Virus record (IMG/VR): IMGVR_UViG_3300034095_002552
Span: 1 to 64,000 of that record
Length of the DNA stretch: 64,000 bases
Source: a virus
Reading direction: 5' to 3' (one strand)
The notes beneath the pieces were generated by a model. That model was not told where the DNA came from. It searched no databases and worked only from the letters and a program-made list of their open reading frames with translations. Below, piece after piece: positions 20,665-29,818 of this stretch (within the stretch, counting starts at the first letter, position 1; each line of letters begins with the position of its first letter). The position numbers were made by a program, and so were the translations under genes.

Positions 20665-21207
20665 TTACCTATCAGAATAATTGTTTTTATAATTTCCTTT
20701 GTTTTGCTTATTAGACACATGAACTTGTTCTACGCTAATGCTCAAATGCTCATGATACTTTCTTTTAAGCTCATTGTAATTCCTAGCTGTTCTATACAAT
20801 TGTCTAAAATGATTTATTATACATGTTGTCATATAGTTAAATGCTTTTCCTTTACTTGGGTCAAAGCGATCAACTTTTTCAAAACATATCATAACACCTT
20901 CTTGGATAGCATCATCTGCATCAATAAGATTGAATTTTCTATATCTAACAATATTTTCAGATAGCAAGTAAAAAGCTATTGTTAGATCTACTTGCAAATC
21001 ATTATATTTTTTTAAATATTCATTAAATCCTTTTTCAATAGAATCCCATGCTTCTGGTTTTTCGAATGTGGTTCTTTTTGAAGTTCTTTTTTCAGTTTCT
21101 TTTATTTCTTCAAGAAGTGTTTCAAATTTAACTTTATTTCTTTTAATTGTTATAAACTTTGATATTAAAGACTCAAAATTTTTATTGTTAAGATATTCAT
21201 TGGCCAT
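20665..21207 (-). CDS. late transcription sigma factor, T4 gp55-like
   Basis: YLNNKNF N-terminus and DDAIQEGVMICFEKVDRFDPSKGKAFNYMTTCIINHF region 2; no region 4; probable start 21207 (AAGGAG SD). Confidence 0.8.
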   Translation of the reverse strand: MANEYLNNKNFESLISKFITIKRNKVKFETLLEEIKETEKRTSKRTTFEKPEAWDSIEKGFNEYLKKYNDLQVDLTIAFYLLSENIVRYRKFNLIDADDAIQEGVMICFEKVDRFDPSKGKAFNYMTTCIINHFRQLYRTARNYNELKRKYHEHLSISVEQVHVSNKQNKGNYKNNYSDR

Positions 21208-21241
21208 TAAGCTCCTTATATTTTTTTTATTTTTACATTCA

Positions 21242-22084
21242 TTAATTTCCACTCTTCCATTCTTCTATTCTTTCTAACGCCTCAGTTCTGGCTTTGTCAT
21301 ACCATTTGTTTGCTAAACTAAAATAGGAATCACTGTATAATTTTCCAGATGTAAAACTTCTAAAATGATCAATATTTTCGTCATTCGTTCTTTTAAAGTT
21401 TTTTTCACTACCAACTAAGTGTGGTTTTATATCGTTTTGCTTAAGTATATAATTGCCAAGTAATTCTGTATCTGGCCAACATGGACGATTTGGATTTGGC
21501 TTGCTATCTTTAATTCCAAATATGTTACAAAGCCTCCTTAAAGACCATCCGAATCCAATTTTATCCATAGTTGACATATGATACATGGTTGCGGTATGAG
21601 AAACCATTCCCTTCCAATCATTGTGCGCACGAGGAGATATTTCATACCCAACAACTGGTGATTCTTTTTTGCAAAGTTCAATAAAATTTTCCAGTAAGTT
21701 TTTTCTTTTAATAAACACATCTGCATGTGTTGCAAACAAAAAATTATTTCTGCACATAGAAAATGCAAGGTCCATGGCAATGGCTGGGAAGTCGCTTGGG
21801 TGACATACTCCGTTGAATCTTAAGGAATGTACCTCCAAATCATCGCTACGAAGACTGGTGATTTTGTTAAGCTCTTGATCTGTACTTCCAGTATCGATTA
21901 CTATTATAAATGGAGATACTGTTTGTCTCCTTAGTAATTCCACACATATGTTTAATTGTTCGTATGTGTCAAGGACTGGTATTACAGCACACACTTGATA
22001 ATCCCATGGTTTTTTCGGACAATTGCCTTCCCATGGAGCTTCAAAACTTGGTTTATTTCTTACAGGTGCATAATCAAAATTCAT
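21242..22084 (-). CDS. GT2 glycosyltransferase
   Basis: AVIPVLD...IIVIDTGSTD...FATHADVF; probable start 22084. Confidence 0.8.
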   Translation of the reverse strand: MNFDYAPVRNKPSFEAPWEGNCPKKPWDYQVCAVIPVLDTYEQLNICVELLRRQTVSPFIIVIDTGSTDQELNKITSLRSDDLEVHSLRFNGVCHPSDFPAIAMDLAFSMCRNNFLFATHADVFIKRKNLLENFIELCKKESPVVGYEISPRAHNDWKGMVSHTATMYHMSTMDKIGFGWSLRRLCNIFGIKDSKPNPNRPCWPDTELLGNYILKQNDIKPHLVGSEKNFKRTNDENIDHFRSFTSGKLYSDSYFSLANKWYDKARTEALERIEEWKSGN

Positions 22085-22259
22085 GAAATTACTCGATATA
22101 TTTTTAGGAATTATTGAAAATCCACACATTCCTAGATTTTACAATGAACTTCACATGCATTATAATAAAAATAACTTACAAAATGAAGCCGAAGCGTTAA
22201 GATTACTTTTAAAGACAAAATTTCATGAAAAACTTGACAATAGTGGTAACAGTACATAA
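22083..22259 (+). CDS. small hypothetical protein (58 aa, not in ORF track)
   Basis: MKLLDIFLGIIENPHIPRFYNELHMHY... open frame filling the gap and overlapping the next gene start. Confidence 0.5.
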   Translation: MKLLDIFLGIIENPHIPRFYNELHMHYNKNNLQNEAEALRLLLKTKFHEKLDNSGNST

Positions 22260-23181
22260 TGATATTGAAAATCTCGAAGCATGTCTGAATTCTTGCAACA
22301 ATATTGAATGTGACATATTGGTTGGGATAACATCAAATAACAGTAAAGCGTTTGATATTGCTGATAATTTCACTAAATCCATAAGTTATATTGGATTTGA
22401 TAATGATTTCAGCAAGGCTAAAAATGATCTTTTAAATATTGTAAAAAGTAATTGGGTTTTATTTTTAGAATCACATGAAATAATAGTCAGAGGACATGAA
22501 GAGATATCAGATATTTGCAATGGAGAAGGATGTTACAGAATAAATTTAATACAAGATCAAATCATTACAAAACCAATAAGACTTTGGAGTATAAATAAAA
22601 ATTTACATTTTAAAAATCCAGTTTATGAAAATATAAAATATAATGCTAGTTTTTCAAATATTTATATAAAGTCAAGCCCTTACAATGATCTAGAATTAAA
22701 TTTAAAAATTTTACAAAAGTGGCAGGAAAGATTGCCATTAGCATTAGAGCCAATTTATTACAAAAGTTGTATTTTTCTTTCTCAAAATAAATGGGATGAT
22801 TATATCAATACTGCAAATCATTTTTTATTCAAAGAAACAAACCATTCAATTTCTCATGTAATGACAAAATATTATTTAGGCATAGTTTATTGTTATGTCA
22901 AAAAAGATTATCAAAATTCTATAAAATGTGCATTAGAATGCTTGATTGAAAAACCATTAATGGCAGAATTTTGGTGTTTATTGGGAGATATTTATTATTC
23001 GTTAGATAGATACGAAAAGGCATATCACTTTTATGAAAATGCAAAAATATTAGGATCTAGAAGATTAAAAAATGACGAGTGGCCATTTCAATTAGATAAA
23101 TATAAAGCAACACCAGAAAAAATGATGTTAAGTTGCCAAAAAATGATTAATGATTCTAAAAATTATATGATCAATAAATGA
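22225..23181 (+). CDS. GT2-like glycosyltransferase with TPR repeats
   Basis: LTIVVTVHND...LEACLNS, DFSKAKN, WVLFLESHE (degenerate DxD); C-terminal AEFWCLLGDIYY TPR. Confidence 0.7.
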   Translation: MKNLTIVVTVHNDIENLEACLNSCNNIECDILVGITSNNSKAFDIADNFTKSISYIGFDNDFSKAKNDLLNIVKSNWVLFLESHEIIVRGHEEISDICNGEGCYRINLIQDQIITKPIRLWSINKNLHFKNPVYENIKYNASFSNIYIKSSPYNDLELNLKILQKWQERLPLALEPIYYKSCIFLSQNKWDDYINTANHFLFKETNHSISHVMTKYYLGIVYCYVKKDYQNSIKCALECLIEKPLMAEFWCLLGDIYYSLDRYEKAYHFYENAKILGSRRLKNDEWPFQLDKYKATPEKMMLSCQKMINDSKNYMINK

Positions 23182-23557
23182 TATCCAAATCATTAACAAT
23201 TACAGTCACTTGATCTTCATATCTTGTTATAGCTATTTGTTTTCTACCAGTGCTTAATTTTTTTAATTTAGATTCCAATTCATCAATAGAACAATTTATT
23301 ACAGACCAATTATTATCGGCAAGTTTATTTATTTCTTCTGTTATATTTGAAATTTCTTTATTAGGGAAATAGTTTTTTACTTGATCTCTACATTCTGTAA
23401 TTATTTTTTTATACAAAGGAAGATTACAAGCACATCCAGGGTTCCTTGTGTATTTTTGCACATCTTCATTTAAAGAAGAAGGCAGGGATTCTCTAAATCT
23501 AGAATCTTTAAGGGCTTGCTTTATATCAATTAATGTCACTGTCTTGATTTGGCTCAT
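23171..23557 (-). CDS. hypothetical protein
   Basis: 128 aa ORF with NPGCAC motif. Confidence 0.65.
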   Translation of the reverse strand: MSQIKTVTLIDIKQALKDSRFRESLPSSLNEDVQKYTRNPGCACNLPLYKKIITECRDQVKNYFPNKEISNITEEINKLADNNWSVINCSIDELESKLKKLSTGRKQIAITRYEDQVTVIVNDLDIIY

Positions 23558-23780
23558 TGTATCTCGTTATAAAAATTATTCTTCCGCATTTCGGGCATTT
23601 TATTTTACTTTTACCCTTTTTTTCAGGAGAAGGCTCAGTTTTTTTTGTTAATGGATTATACTTTGGAATGTTGGATTGAAAATCAACACTTTTCATTATT
23701 GAAAGTTCATGAATGTTTTCGTCATTTATAAGTTTTTTATAATGACACATCTGACAATAAGCTTGATATTGATATTTCAT
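23526..23780 (-). CDS. zinc-ribbon protein
   Basis: CQMC and CPKCG. Confidence 0.6.
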   Translation of the reverse strand: MKYQYQAYCQMCHYKKLINDENIHELSIMKSVDFQSNIPKYNPLTKKTEPSPEKKGKSKIKCPKCGRIIFITRYNEPNQDSDIN

Positions 23781-23782
23781 TT

Positions 23783-24136
23783 TTAATTACTATCTGGCAT
23801 GTTTACGATGGTTGCTGCTTCAATCCAATTCAAAATCATGGCTGCAAAATTAGAAATAAAACCACCAGCACAACCACTTGCAAAAATTTTCAAAAAGAAA
23901 TCCAAATCATAAGTCTTATCCATCCAGATAAAACCCATAAAAAAACCACACCAAGTGCCACAACACATATAGCACTCGACAATTTCGCCAATTTTAGGCA
24001 ATTTCATCATATCGCAATATTTTTTAAAACTTTCTCTAAATCCAGAAAGTAAAGAACTATCAACAATAATGTGGCACATGCCAATTGTTGAAATTAAAAA
24101 CATAAAAAATTCTTGCATTTTCATCTCCAAAAACAA
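23783..24136 (-). CDS. DUF1360-like membrane protein
   Basis: hydrophobic segments and CYMCCGTW motif. Confidence 0.55.
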   Translation of the reverse strand: MFLEMKMQEFFMFLISTIGMCHIIVDSSLLSGFRESFKKYCDMMKLPKIGEIVECYMCCGTWCGFFMGFIWMDKTYDLDFFLKIFASGCAGGFISNFAAMILNWIEAATIVNMPDSN

Positions 24137-24483
24137 ATAGAAACTTGATTTTTGTTTCTTGTAATAAAGAAATCTTTGTAATTATCATACTTACAAAGAG
24201 TTTGTTCAATAGCACTTTTGTCTAATGATACACAAATTAAAATATTATGATCTATTTTATCAATTAATATTGTTTCTCCAAAATATTTTTCCAATTTGCT
24301 TATATGATTGTCATTTAATTGCTCCATGAAATTGATTACTGCTCTTTTTCCAATATCTCTCATGCCCAATGCCTTTTGAGACAAGCACCATTGATTGTAA
24401 AAATTTTTTAACTCTGGGATGTGTTCCCAAATCTTTTTGTCGTAAAAAATAATTTTTTCAATATTTTGAATATTTATTTCCAT
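24121..24483 (-). CDS. hypothetical protein
   Basis: 120 aa ORF in operon context. Confidence 0.65.
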   Translation of the reverse strand: MEINIQNIEKIIFYDKKIWEHIPELKNFYNQWCLSQKALGMRDIGKRAVINFMEQLNDNHISKLEKYFGETILIDKIDHNILICVSLDKSAIEQTLCKYDNYKDFFITRNKNQVSICFWR

Positions 24484-24535
24484 GATACTATTTTAAGACA
24501 ATAAGGTTATATTTAGCAATATTTAGGAGATTAAA

Positions 24536-25573
24536 ATGGCGGACGATACATTTAGACCACAACGAGCAGAAGGTGCTACACCACCACCAGTAAACATTAC
24601 TGGCAATGTTCCCCAAGAGTTTATTCAAGCTATAAACCAACAAGCAGAAAAACAGCAAACCCCAGAATCTTCTTTGCAAAAGCCAAATCAAAATTTTAGT
24701 TCTATAAGAGATAGAGAAAATGCGAACGCAAATGCACCGCAACGACCTACACAAGTGTCACAAGGTCAATCTGGTCATCTTAAAGAACTTCTTGAAGGAT
24801 TGAAGGGTTCCACCTCTCAATACGAAGAAATCTTATTGCCGTCTAAGGGCAAATTTTATGACGGCACAAATGGTCCTTCCGATGGTATTATCAATTTGCG
24901 ACCAATGACTGGAGAAGAGGAACAAATTTTAGCCACTCCAAGATTTGTCCGCAAAGGACAAGCCATTAATATGATTTTCCAAAAATGTATTAAAGAAAAC
25001 TTTAAGGTAGAAAACTTTTTGACTGTTGATCGAACTTATATGCTTTTGTATCTTCGTGGTATTTCATATTCGACAAGTTACGACATTGAAGTTAAATGCC
25101 CTGAGTGTTCATCAAAATTTGGCACAAACATCGATTTAAGTTCTTTGTATGTGAATCATTGTCCTGTAGAGTATGGCCCAATTCTTGAAGATGTACTTCC
25201 AAACACCAAGTTGAAGTTCCATTATAAATTGTCAACTGGTAGAGATGAGCAGGAAATCAATGAGTATCGTGAACGCAGGATGAAGCAATTTGGAGATAGT
25301 GCATCAGATGATACTTTAACTCATCGAACCGCACAATTGCTAGAAGACATTGATGGAATCAATGACAAATCAGAATTGCAAATACTTTTAAAGAATTTGC
25401 CAATTAGCGATGTATCCTATATTCGCAGTGTAATCAATGAGCCTCCTTTTGGCGTGGATACAAACATTGAAATCAATTGCCCAAGTTGCACCGCTGAATT
25501 CTCTATTGATCTGCCACTTGAATCAAATTTTTTCTTCCCCCGGAGGAAGAGGGAAAAGAACACCCTAGCCTAA
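24536..25573 (+). CDS. baseplate hub / tail assembly chaperone, T4 gp26-like
   Basis: LPSKGKFY, LRPMTGEEEQIL, DRTYMLLYLRGISY, CPEC and CPSC, C-terminal NFFFP. Confidence 0.85.
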   Translation: MADDTFRPQRAEGATPPPVNITGNVPQEFIQAINQQAEKQQTPESSLQKPNQNFSSIRDRENANANAPQRPTQVSQGQSGHLKELLEGLKGSTSQYEEILLPSKGKFYDGTNGPSDGIINLRPMTGEEEQILATPRFVRKGQAINMIFQKCIKENFKVENFLTVDRTYMLLYLRGISYSTSYDIEVKCPECSSKFGTNIDLSSLYVNHCPVEYGPILEDVLPNTKLKFHYKLSTGRDEQEINEYRERRMKQFGDSASDDTLTHRTAQLLEDIDGINDKSELQILLKNLPISDVSYIRSVINEPPFGVDTNIEINCPSCTAEFSIDLPLESNFFFPRRKREKNTLA

Positions 25574-25761
25574 CTCTGGGGAAAAATTTACTAGAGGAAA
25601 TTTTCTTCTTTATGTATCACATGCATATGGACATGCAAAAAACATTATCGATACCGATAAATGTAAGACAATGGCTTGTTACCAGATACATTGAGCAAAA
25701 AGAGAAAGAAAATGAATCTATGGAAGCAGAGAAGCGAAGATCATCATCTAAGAGAAGATAA
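25522..25761 (+). CDS. gp51/GT-like chaperone extension in the -1 frame (not in ORF track)
   Basis: encodes ...LLEEIFFFMYHMHMDMQKTLSIPINVRQWLVTRYIEQKEKENESME..., resembling gp51-like chaperone tails. Confidence 0.7.
   Translation: MKFFLPPEEEGKEHPSLTLGKNLLEEIFFFMYHMHMDMQKTLSIPINVRQWLVTRYIEQKEKENESMEAEKRRSSSKRR
25525..25534 (+). other. candidate -1 frameshift slippery site (A AAT TTT / T TTT TTC)
   Basis: X XXY YYZ heptamers in the gp26-like frame; the -1 frame is open from 25522 to 25761. Confidence 0.65.
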
Positions 25762-25764
25762 AAA

Positions 25765-26508
25765 ATGGCAACAAAAGAAAGACTTCAAAATCCAAATTGT
25801 GGCGATACGATTAAATTAAGATTATTTTCTTACAATAGCAATAATCGAGCGAATTTAACATCAGTCAACAGTATTAACATTTATTTATTAGATGCTAGTC
25901 AAATAACATCTTCCAATCTCGATGGAAGAATGTTAATTCAAACCATCAATTCAGAAGATGTAATATTAGAATCTACTGGTTCGTATCTTGTTGAAGTCAA
26001 TGCTGCCGAGCCTTTATACACAATTGGTAACTACATTGATGTTTGGTCAGTTACAGTCAAGGACAATGAGTGTGGAACTACAGATATAACGAATAAGTTC
26101 AACATATATCCAGATCTTTGGTTTACATCCCCAGTTCCTCCAGTTTATGATTTTTCTTTTGGCTTTAGGCCAAACCGTCTTGTCATGGGATCTAAGCGTT
26201 ATTTGGTCATACAAATAACGCCTAATGTTCCACGAGGTGCCGATTTATTATCATACTACGAAAATCTCGCCATAGTCTCAGATTTACGAGTATCCATCGA
26301 AAAATCTTGTGGTGATTGTGTCCCTCAAGAAAAAGATTTACGATTGGTAATAGATCGGCAACTTGTGGATTATCGTGAAAAAATGTATGCATATTATTTT
26401 ATAGATACAACCCAATATGATGTTGGCATCTACAATATTTGGTTTGAATTGCAATACGCAGAAAACACATTTGTTTCTGAAAAAAATCAATTACAAATTT
26501 TCGAATAA
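25765..26508 (+). CDS. hypothetical beta-rich protein, probably virion-associated
   Basis: 247 aa, two Ig-like-looking halves (TGSYLV..IGNYIDVW; AYYFIDT..VGIYNIWF); follows the chaperone genes. Confidence 0.55.
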   Translation: MATKERLQNPNCGDTIKLRLFSYNSNNRANLTSVNSINIYLLDASQITSSNLDGRMLIQTINSEDVILESTGSYLVEVNAAEPLYTIGNYIDVWSVTVKDNECGTTDITNKFNIYPDLWFTSPVPPVYDFSFGFRPNRLVMGSKRYLVIQITPNVPRGADLLSYYENLAIVSDLRVSIEKSCGDCVPQEKDLRLVIDRQLVDYREKMYAYYFIDTTQYDVGIYNIWFELQYAENTFVSEKNQLQIFE

Positions 26509-26567
26509 ATCGATTTATAAATTTAAAAAATCATGGTAACATACTCCAAAATCAACTGGAGTATATT

Positions 26568-27608
26568 ATGTCATTTGATGATAAATGCGATTTCTGGATA
26601 AAAACCAATCAAAATGTTTTATTGGTTGGAAAACATGGCGTTGGAAAAACCGCAATAATAAAAAATTCCTTCGAAAGAAATAACTTAAAGTGGAAATACT
26701 TTAGTGCTTCTACCATGGACCCATGGACTGACTTTGTTGGAATTCCCAAAGAAACATCATCAATAATAGATGGAAGGCAAGTAAGTCACTTGCAATTCAT
26801 AAGGCCACTAGAATTTGCCACTGGGGAAATTGAAGCTTTATTTTTTGATGAATTTAATAGGAGTCCGAAAAAAGTAAGAAACGCTGTTATGGAGCTTTTA
26901 CAATTCAAATCAATAAATGGAGAAAAATTTCCAAATTTAAAAATCATTTGGGCAGCGATAAATCCAGATGATGATGAAAATGCATATGATGTAGAAAAAT
27001 TAGATAAGGCACAACTTGATAGATTTGAAGTTCAACGCAATATTGAATATAGGCCAGACGCTGAATTTTTTAGAAACAAATTTGGGCAGTCATTAGCCGA
27101 TAGCTCTATAAGCTGGTGGAATGAGTTAGATGAAGATTGTAAAAATTTAGTTTCTCCAAGAAGACTTGAATACGCTTTGAATTTCTTTTCTATGAGAGGC
27201 GACCTAAGAGATATATTGCCTAAAGAAACAAATGTATCTAAATTGTTGCAATTACTAAAAGAAGGTCCGACTAGTGATAAACTTGCAAACTTTTTAAAAG
27301 ATCAAAATAAGGAAGAAGCAAAATTATGGCTTCAAAATGAAAACAACTATTCGTCTGCCGTAAGATATATTGTTGGAAGTAAAACTCTTACAGATTGGTT
27401 TGTTCCGTTGATGAATAAAGAGAAGATAATTTCTCTTATGAGTCAAAATGAAAAAATAACAAAATATATTTTTAACAATATAAATTGTCCAATATTTTCT
27501 GAGATATGCAAAGATATTTTAGATGCAAAAGCAGACACGAAAATGATAACAAAAATAAGAAAATATCTTACTCAAAATCCAGAAATGTCTAAAATCCTAT
27601 ATAAATGA
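26568..27608 (+). CDS. MoxR-like AAA+ ATPase
   Basis: GKHGVGKT Walker A, LFFDEFNR Walker B, WAAINP, LDKAQLDRF. Confidence 0.85.
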   Translation: MSFDDKCDFWIKTNQNVLLVGKHGVGKTAIIKNSFERNNLKWKYFSASTMDPWTDFVGIPKETSSIIDGRQVSHLQFIRPLEFATGEIEALFFDEFNRSPKKVRNAVMELLQFKSINGEKFPNLKIIWAAINPDDDENAYDVEKLDKAQLDRFEVQRNIEYRPDAEFFRNKFGQSLADSSISWWNELDEDCKNLVSPRRLEYALNFFSMRGDLRDILPKETNVSKLLQLLKEGPTSDKLANFLKDQNKEEAKLWLQNENNYSSAVRYIVGSKTLTDWFVPLMNKEKIISLMSQNEKITKYIFNNINCPIFSEICKDILDAKADTKMITKIRKYLTQNPEMSKILYK

Positions 27609-27614
27609 GTTGCG

Positions 27615-28946
27615 ATGAAAGTCGATCATAACGAATGGTTAGAAATAGCAAATAGACTTGAGTGTCATCATGCTATATTCTATAAACTTTGGTCTATAGG
27701 AAAACCAGTTCTAAACAATTCAATTGATACTGCTGCTGTATCTTTTGACAAACTTGGTAATTTTATTTTATTTCAGTTCAACGAAAACTTCTGGTCTAAT
27801 TTAGACATGGATGGTAAACTATTTGTCATTTGTCATGAAATGCTTCACATAATATTAAATCATGGAAAAAGATCAAAAAACACATTGTCTGAAAATAAAA
27901 TAGCTGCGAATATGGCATTGGATATAGTTGTAAATCACAGTTTAATAAATTCATTTGGATTTGACAGAAAAAACATAAGTAAATCTTTAAACACTGCGTT
28001 TAATGAAATGGGCATTGATGGAACCAAAGAATCCGATTGCTTATGTTGGGTAGATAATATATTTCCAGATAAAAAATTAGATGACAATCAATATTTTGAA
28101 TTTTATTTCAATCAATTTAAAAAACAATATGGTGATGGTTTACCAAACATGGCATTAAAAGCAAACAATGGATGTCTAGATGATCATAGTAAAATTGAAG
28201 AGAATGAATGGAGAGAAGTGTTTGAAAAGCTTTCTTCAGACCTTTCAAATGGAGAAACAGAATCCATAAAAGATTTTGTAAACAAAAACTTTTTATCGGA
28301 AAATCAATCAAAAATATATCAGATGTTTGATAAAGGAAGTTCAAAAAGTGACAATTGGGTTTTCTGGAAAGATACCAAAATAAAAAAAAGAAAGAAGTGG
28401 GAGTCTGTAATAAAAAATTGGGAAATGAAGCTTTTGAATGAAGTTTATTCAGATCACGAACAATGGGCAAGAATAGCAAGAAGATACCAAGCTATCTCCA
28501 GTGATTTCTTTATTCCTAGCGAAATAGAAATGTATCATCATGGTTTAGAAGAAAAAAAAATAGAAGTATTTTTCTTCTTAGATACTTCTGGTAGTTGTTG
28601 GAATCTTAAAGATAGATTCTTTAATGCAGCATCTTCTTTATGTAAGAGAAAGTTTAAAATACGATTATTTTGCTTTGATACTGTTGTCAAAGAGACAACT
28701 CTTGAATCAAAAAAAATATATGGTGGTGGCGGAACAAGTTTCAATATATTAGAAGAATTTGTATACAATCAAATAAACGAAAAAAGAATAAATCATCCAA
28801 CTATATTTGTTTTAACCGATGGATTTGGAGATAATATATTCACAAAAAATCCAAACAAATGGCATTGGTTTTTGACAGAAAATGGAACAATAAATTGGAT
28901 TGATAAAAATTGTAAAAAAATATACAGTTTAAAGGATTACGATTAA
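27615..28946 (+). CDS. metallopeptidase-like + VWA domain protein (DUF2201-like)
   Basis: HEMLH zincin motif, ANMALDIVVN, FLDTSGS MIDAS, GGGGTSF, VLTDG. Confidence 0.85.
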   Translation: MKVDHNEWLEIANRLECHHAIFYKLWSIGKPVLNNSIDTAAVSFDKLGNFILFQFNENFWSNLDMDGKLFVICHEMLHIILNHGKRSKNTLSENKIAANMALDIVVNHSLINSFGFDRKNISKSLNTAFNEMGIDGTKESDCLCWVDNIFPDKKLDDNQYFEFYFNQFKKQYGDGLPNMALKANNGCLDDHSKIEENEWREVFEKLSSDLSNGETESIKDFVNKNFLSENQSKIYQMFDKGSSKSDNWVFWKDTKIKKRKKWESVIKNWEMKLLNEVYSDHEQWARIARRYQAISSDFFIPSEIEMYHHGLEEKKIEVFFFLDTSGSCWNLKDRFFNAASSLCKRKFKIRLFCFDTVVKETTLESKKIYGGGGTSFNILEEFVYNQINEKRINHPTIFVLTDGFGDNIFTKNPNKWHWFLTENGTINWIDKNCKKIYSLKDYD

Positions 28947-29260
28947 GATTCAAATTGAAAAAATTTGTCTAATCTTGTTATGTGAAAAATCTCCATGATG
29001 TCTGGCTTCACTTTACAAAGAATTAGCTTTGCCTTTTTTTCTTTTATTTTCTTATTTAGAGTTATAAGCTTTCCAAGCATAGAACTTGAAAAATATTTCA
29101 CATTTGAAAAATCAATTTTATATTCAGAGTAATTATTGGTTTCGGCTAGATATAAAAGTTCTTCTCCAATTCTAATAACAATTGAATCATCGTAAATTTT
29201 TTCATCTTTAAATGATATTATCAATTTTTTTTCGTTTATTATTGAATTTAAAAAGCTCAT
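28943..29260 (-). CDS. STAS-domain anti-sigma factor antagonist
   Basis: IDFSNVKYFSSSMLGKLITLNKK...LILCKVKPDIMEIFHITRLDKFF. Confidence 0.9.
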   Translation of the reverse strand: MSFLNSIINEKKLIISFKDEKIYDDSIVIRIGEELLYLAETNNYSEYKIDFSNVKYFSSSMLGKLITLNKKIKEKKAKLILCKVKPDIMEIFHITRLDKFFQFES

Positions 29261-29267
29261 TTTTCAC

Positions 29268-29810
29268 CTAGATAAAAAAAGAATCATCAAGCTCCAATAA
29301 GTTATCTAGTGCTATGCCAATCCAATCTTGATAGTGTAAAGTATATTTAAAATTAAAATCTATAACATCTGTGGCTTTTACAAATACAAGCCATGGTTTT
29401 CTTGTCCTTTTCCAGCACAACATTGGCTTTCTATTGCATCTTTGTGCGTCTTTTGTAACTTGATCAAGAAATTCATCAAGTTCGCTATTGCCACGAATAA
29501 AAACGGAATTAAGGTCAATTCCATCATATCCGCCTTTTGATTCTAAACAAAATTTGAAATTTTCTGGTACAATTAGATCTCCAGAAAATACATCTCTGGC
29601 ATGTTTTGGAAGGTGATTTACTTGGCCCCATCTATTTCCAGAACCAATAGATCTTGAGAAATCTTCACAATTAAATCTCTTATTTAAGATCTTACTGAGT
29701 TCTCTCTCTACCCTACTTCCCTTCGTCTTTCCATTAACTTTTTTTTTAGGTTTATTTTTTTTATTTCCAATAATATCATCAACAATAAAATCATCTTCAG
29801 AATCAGGCAT
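29268..29810 (-). CDS. Holliday junction resolvase-like PD-(D/E)XK nuclease
   Basis: KTKGSRVERELSK, GDLI, CLESKGG, KPMLCWKR. Confidence 0.75.
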   Translation of the reverse strand: MPDSEDDFIVDDIIGNKKNKPKKKVNGKTKGSRVERELSKILNKRFNCEDFSRSIGSGNRWGQVNHLPKHARDVFSGDLIVPENFKFCLESKGGYDGIDLNSVFIRGNSELDEFLDQVTKDAQRCNRKPMLCWKRTRKPWLVFVKATDVIDFNFKYTLHYQDWIGIALDNLLELDDSFFI

Positions 29811-29818
29811 ATTGCTCC

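Noticed and set aside
29231-29260. STAS N-terminus MSFLNSIINE as a capsid-targeting peptide
   Set aside because: It corresponds to the normal first strand of the STAS fold and lacks the second aromatic residue of the motif
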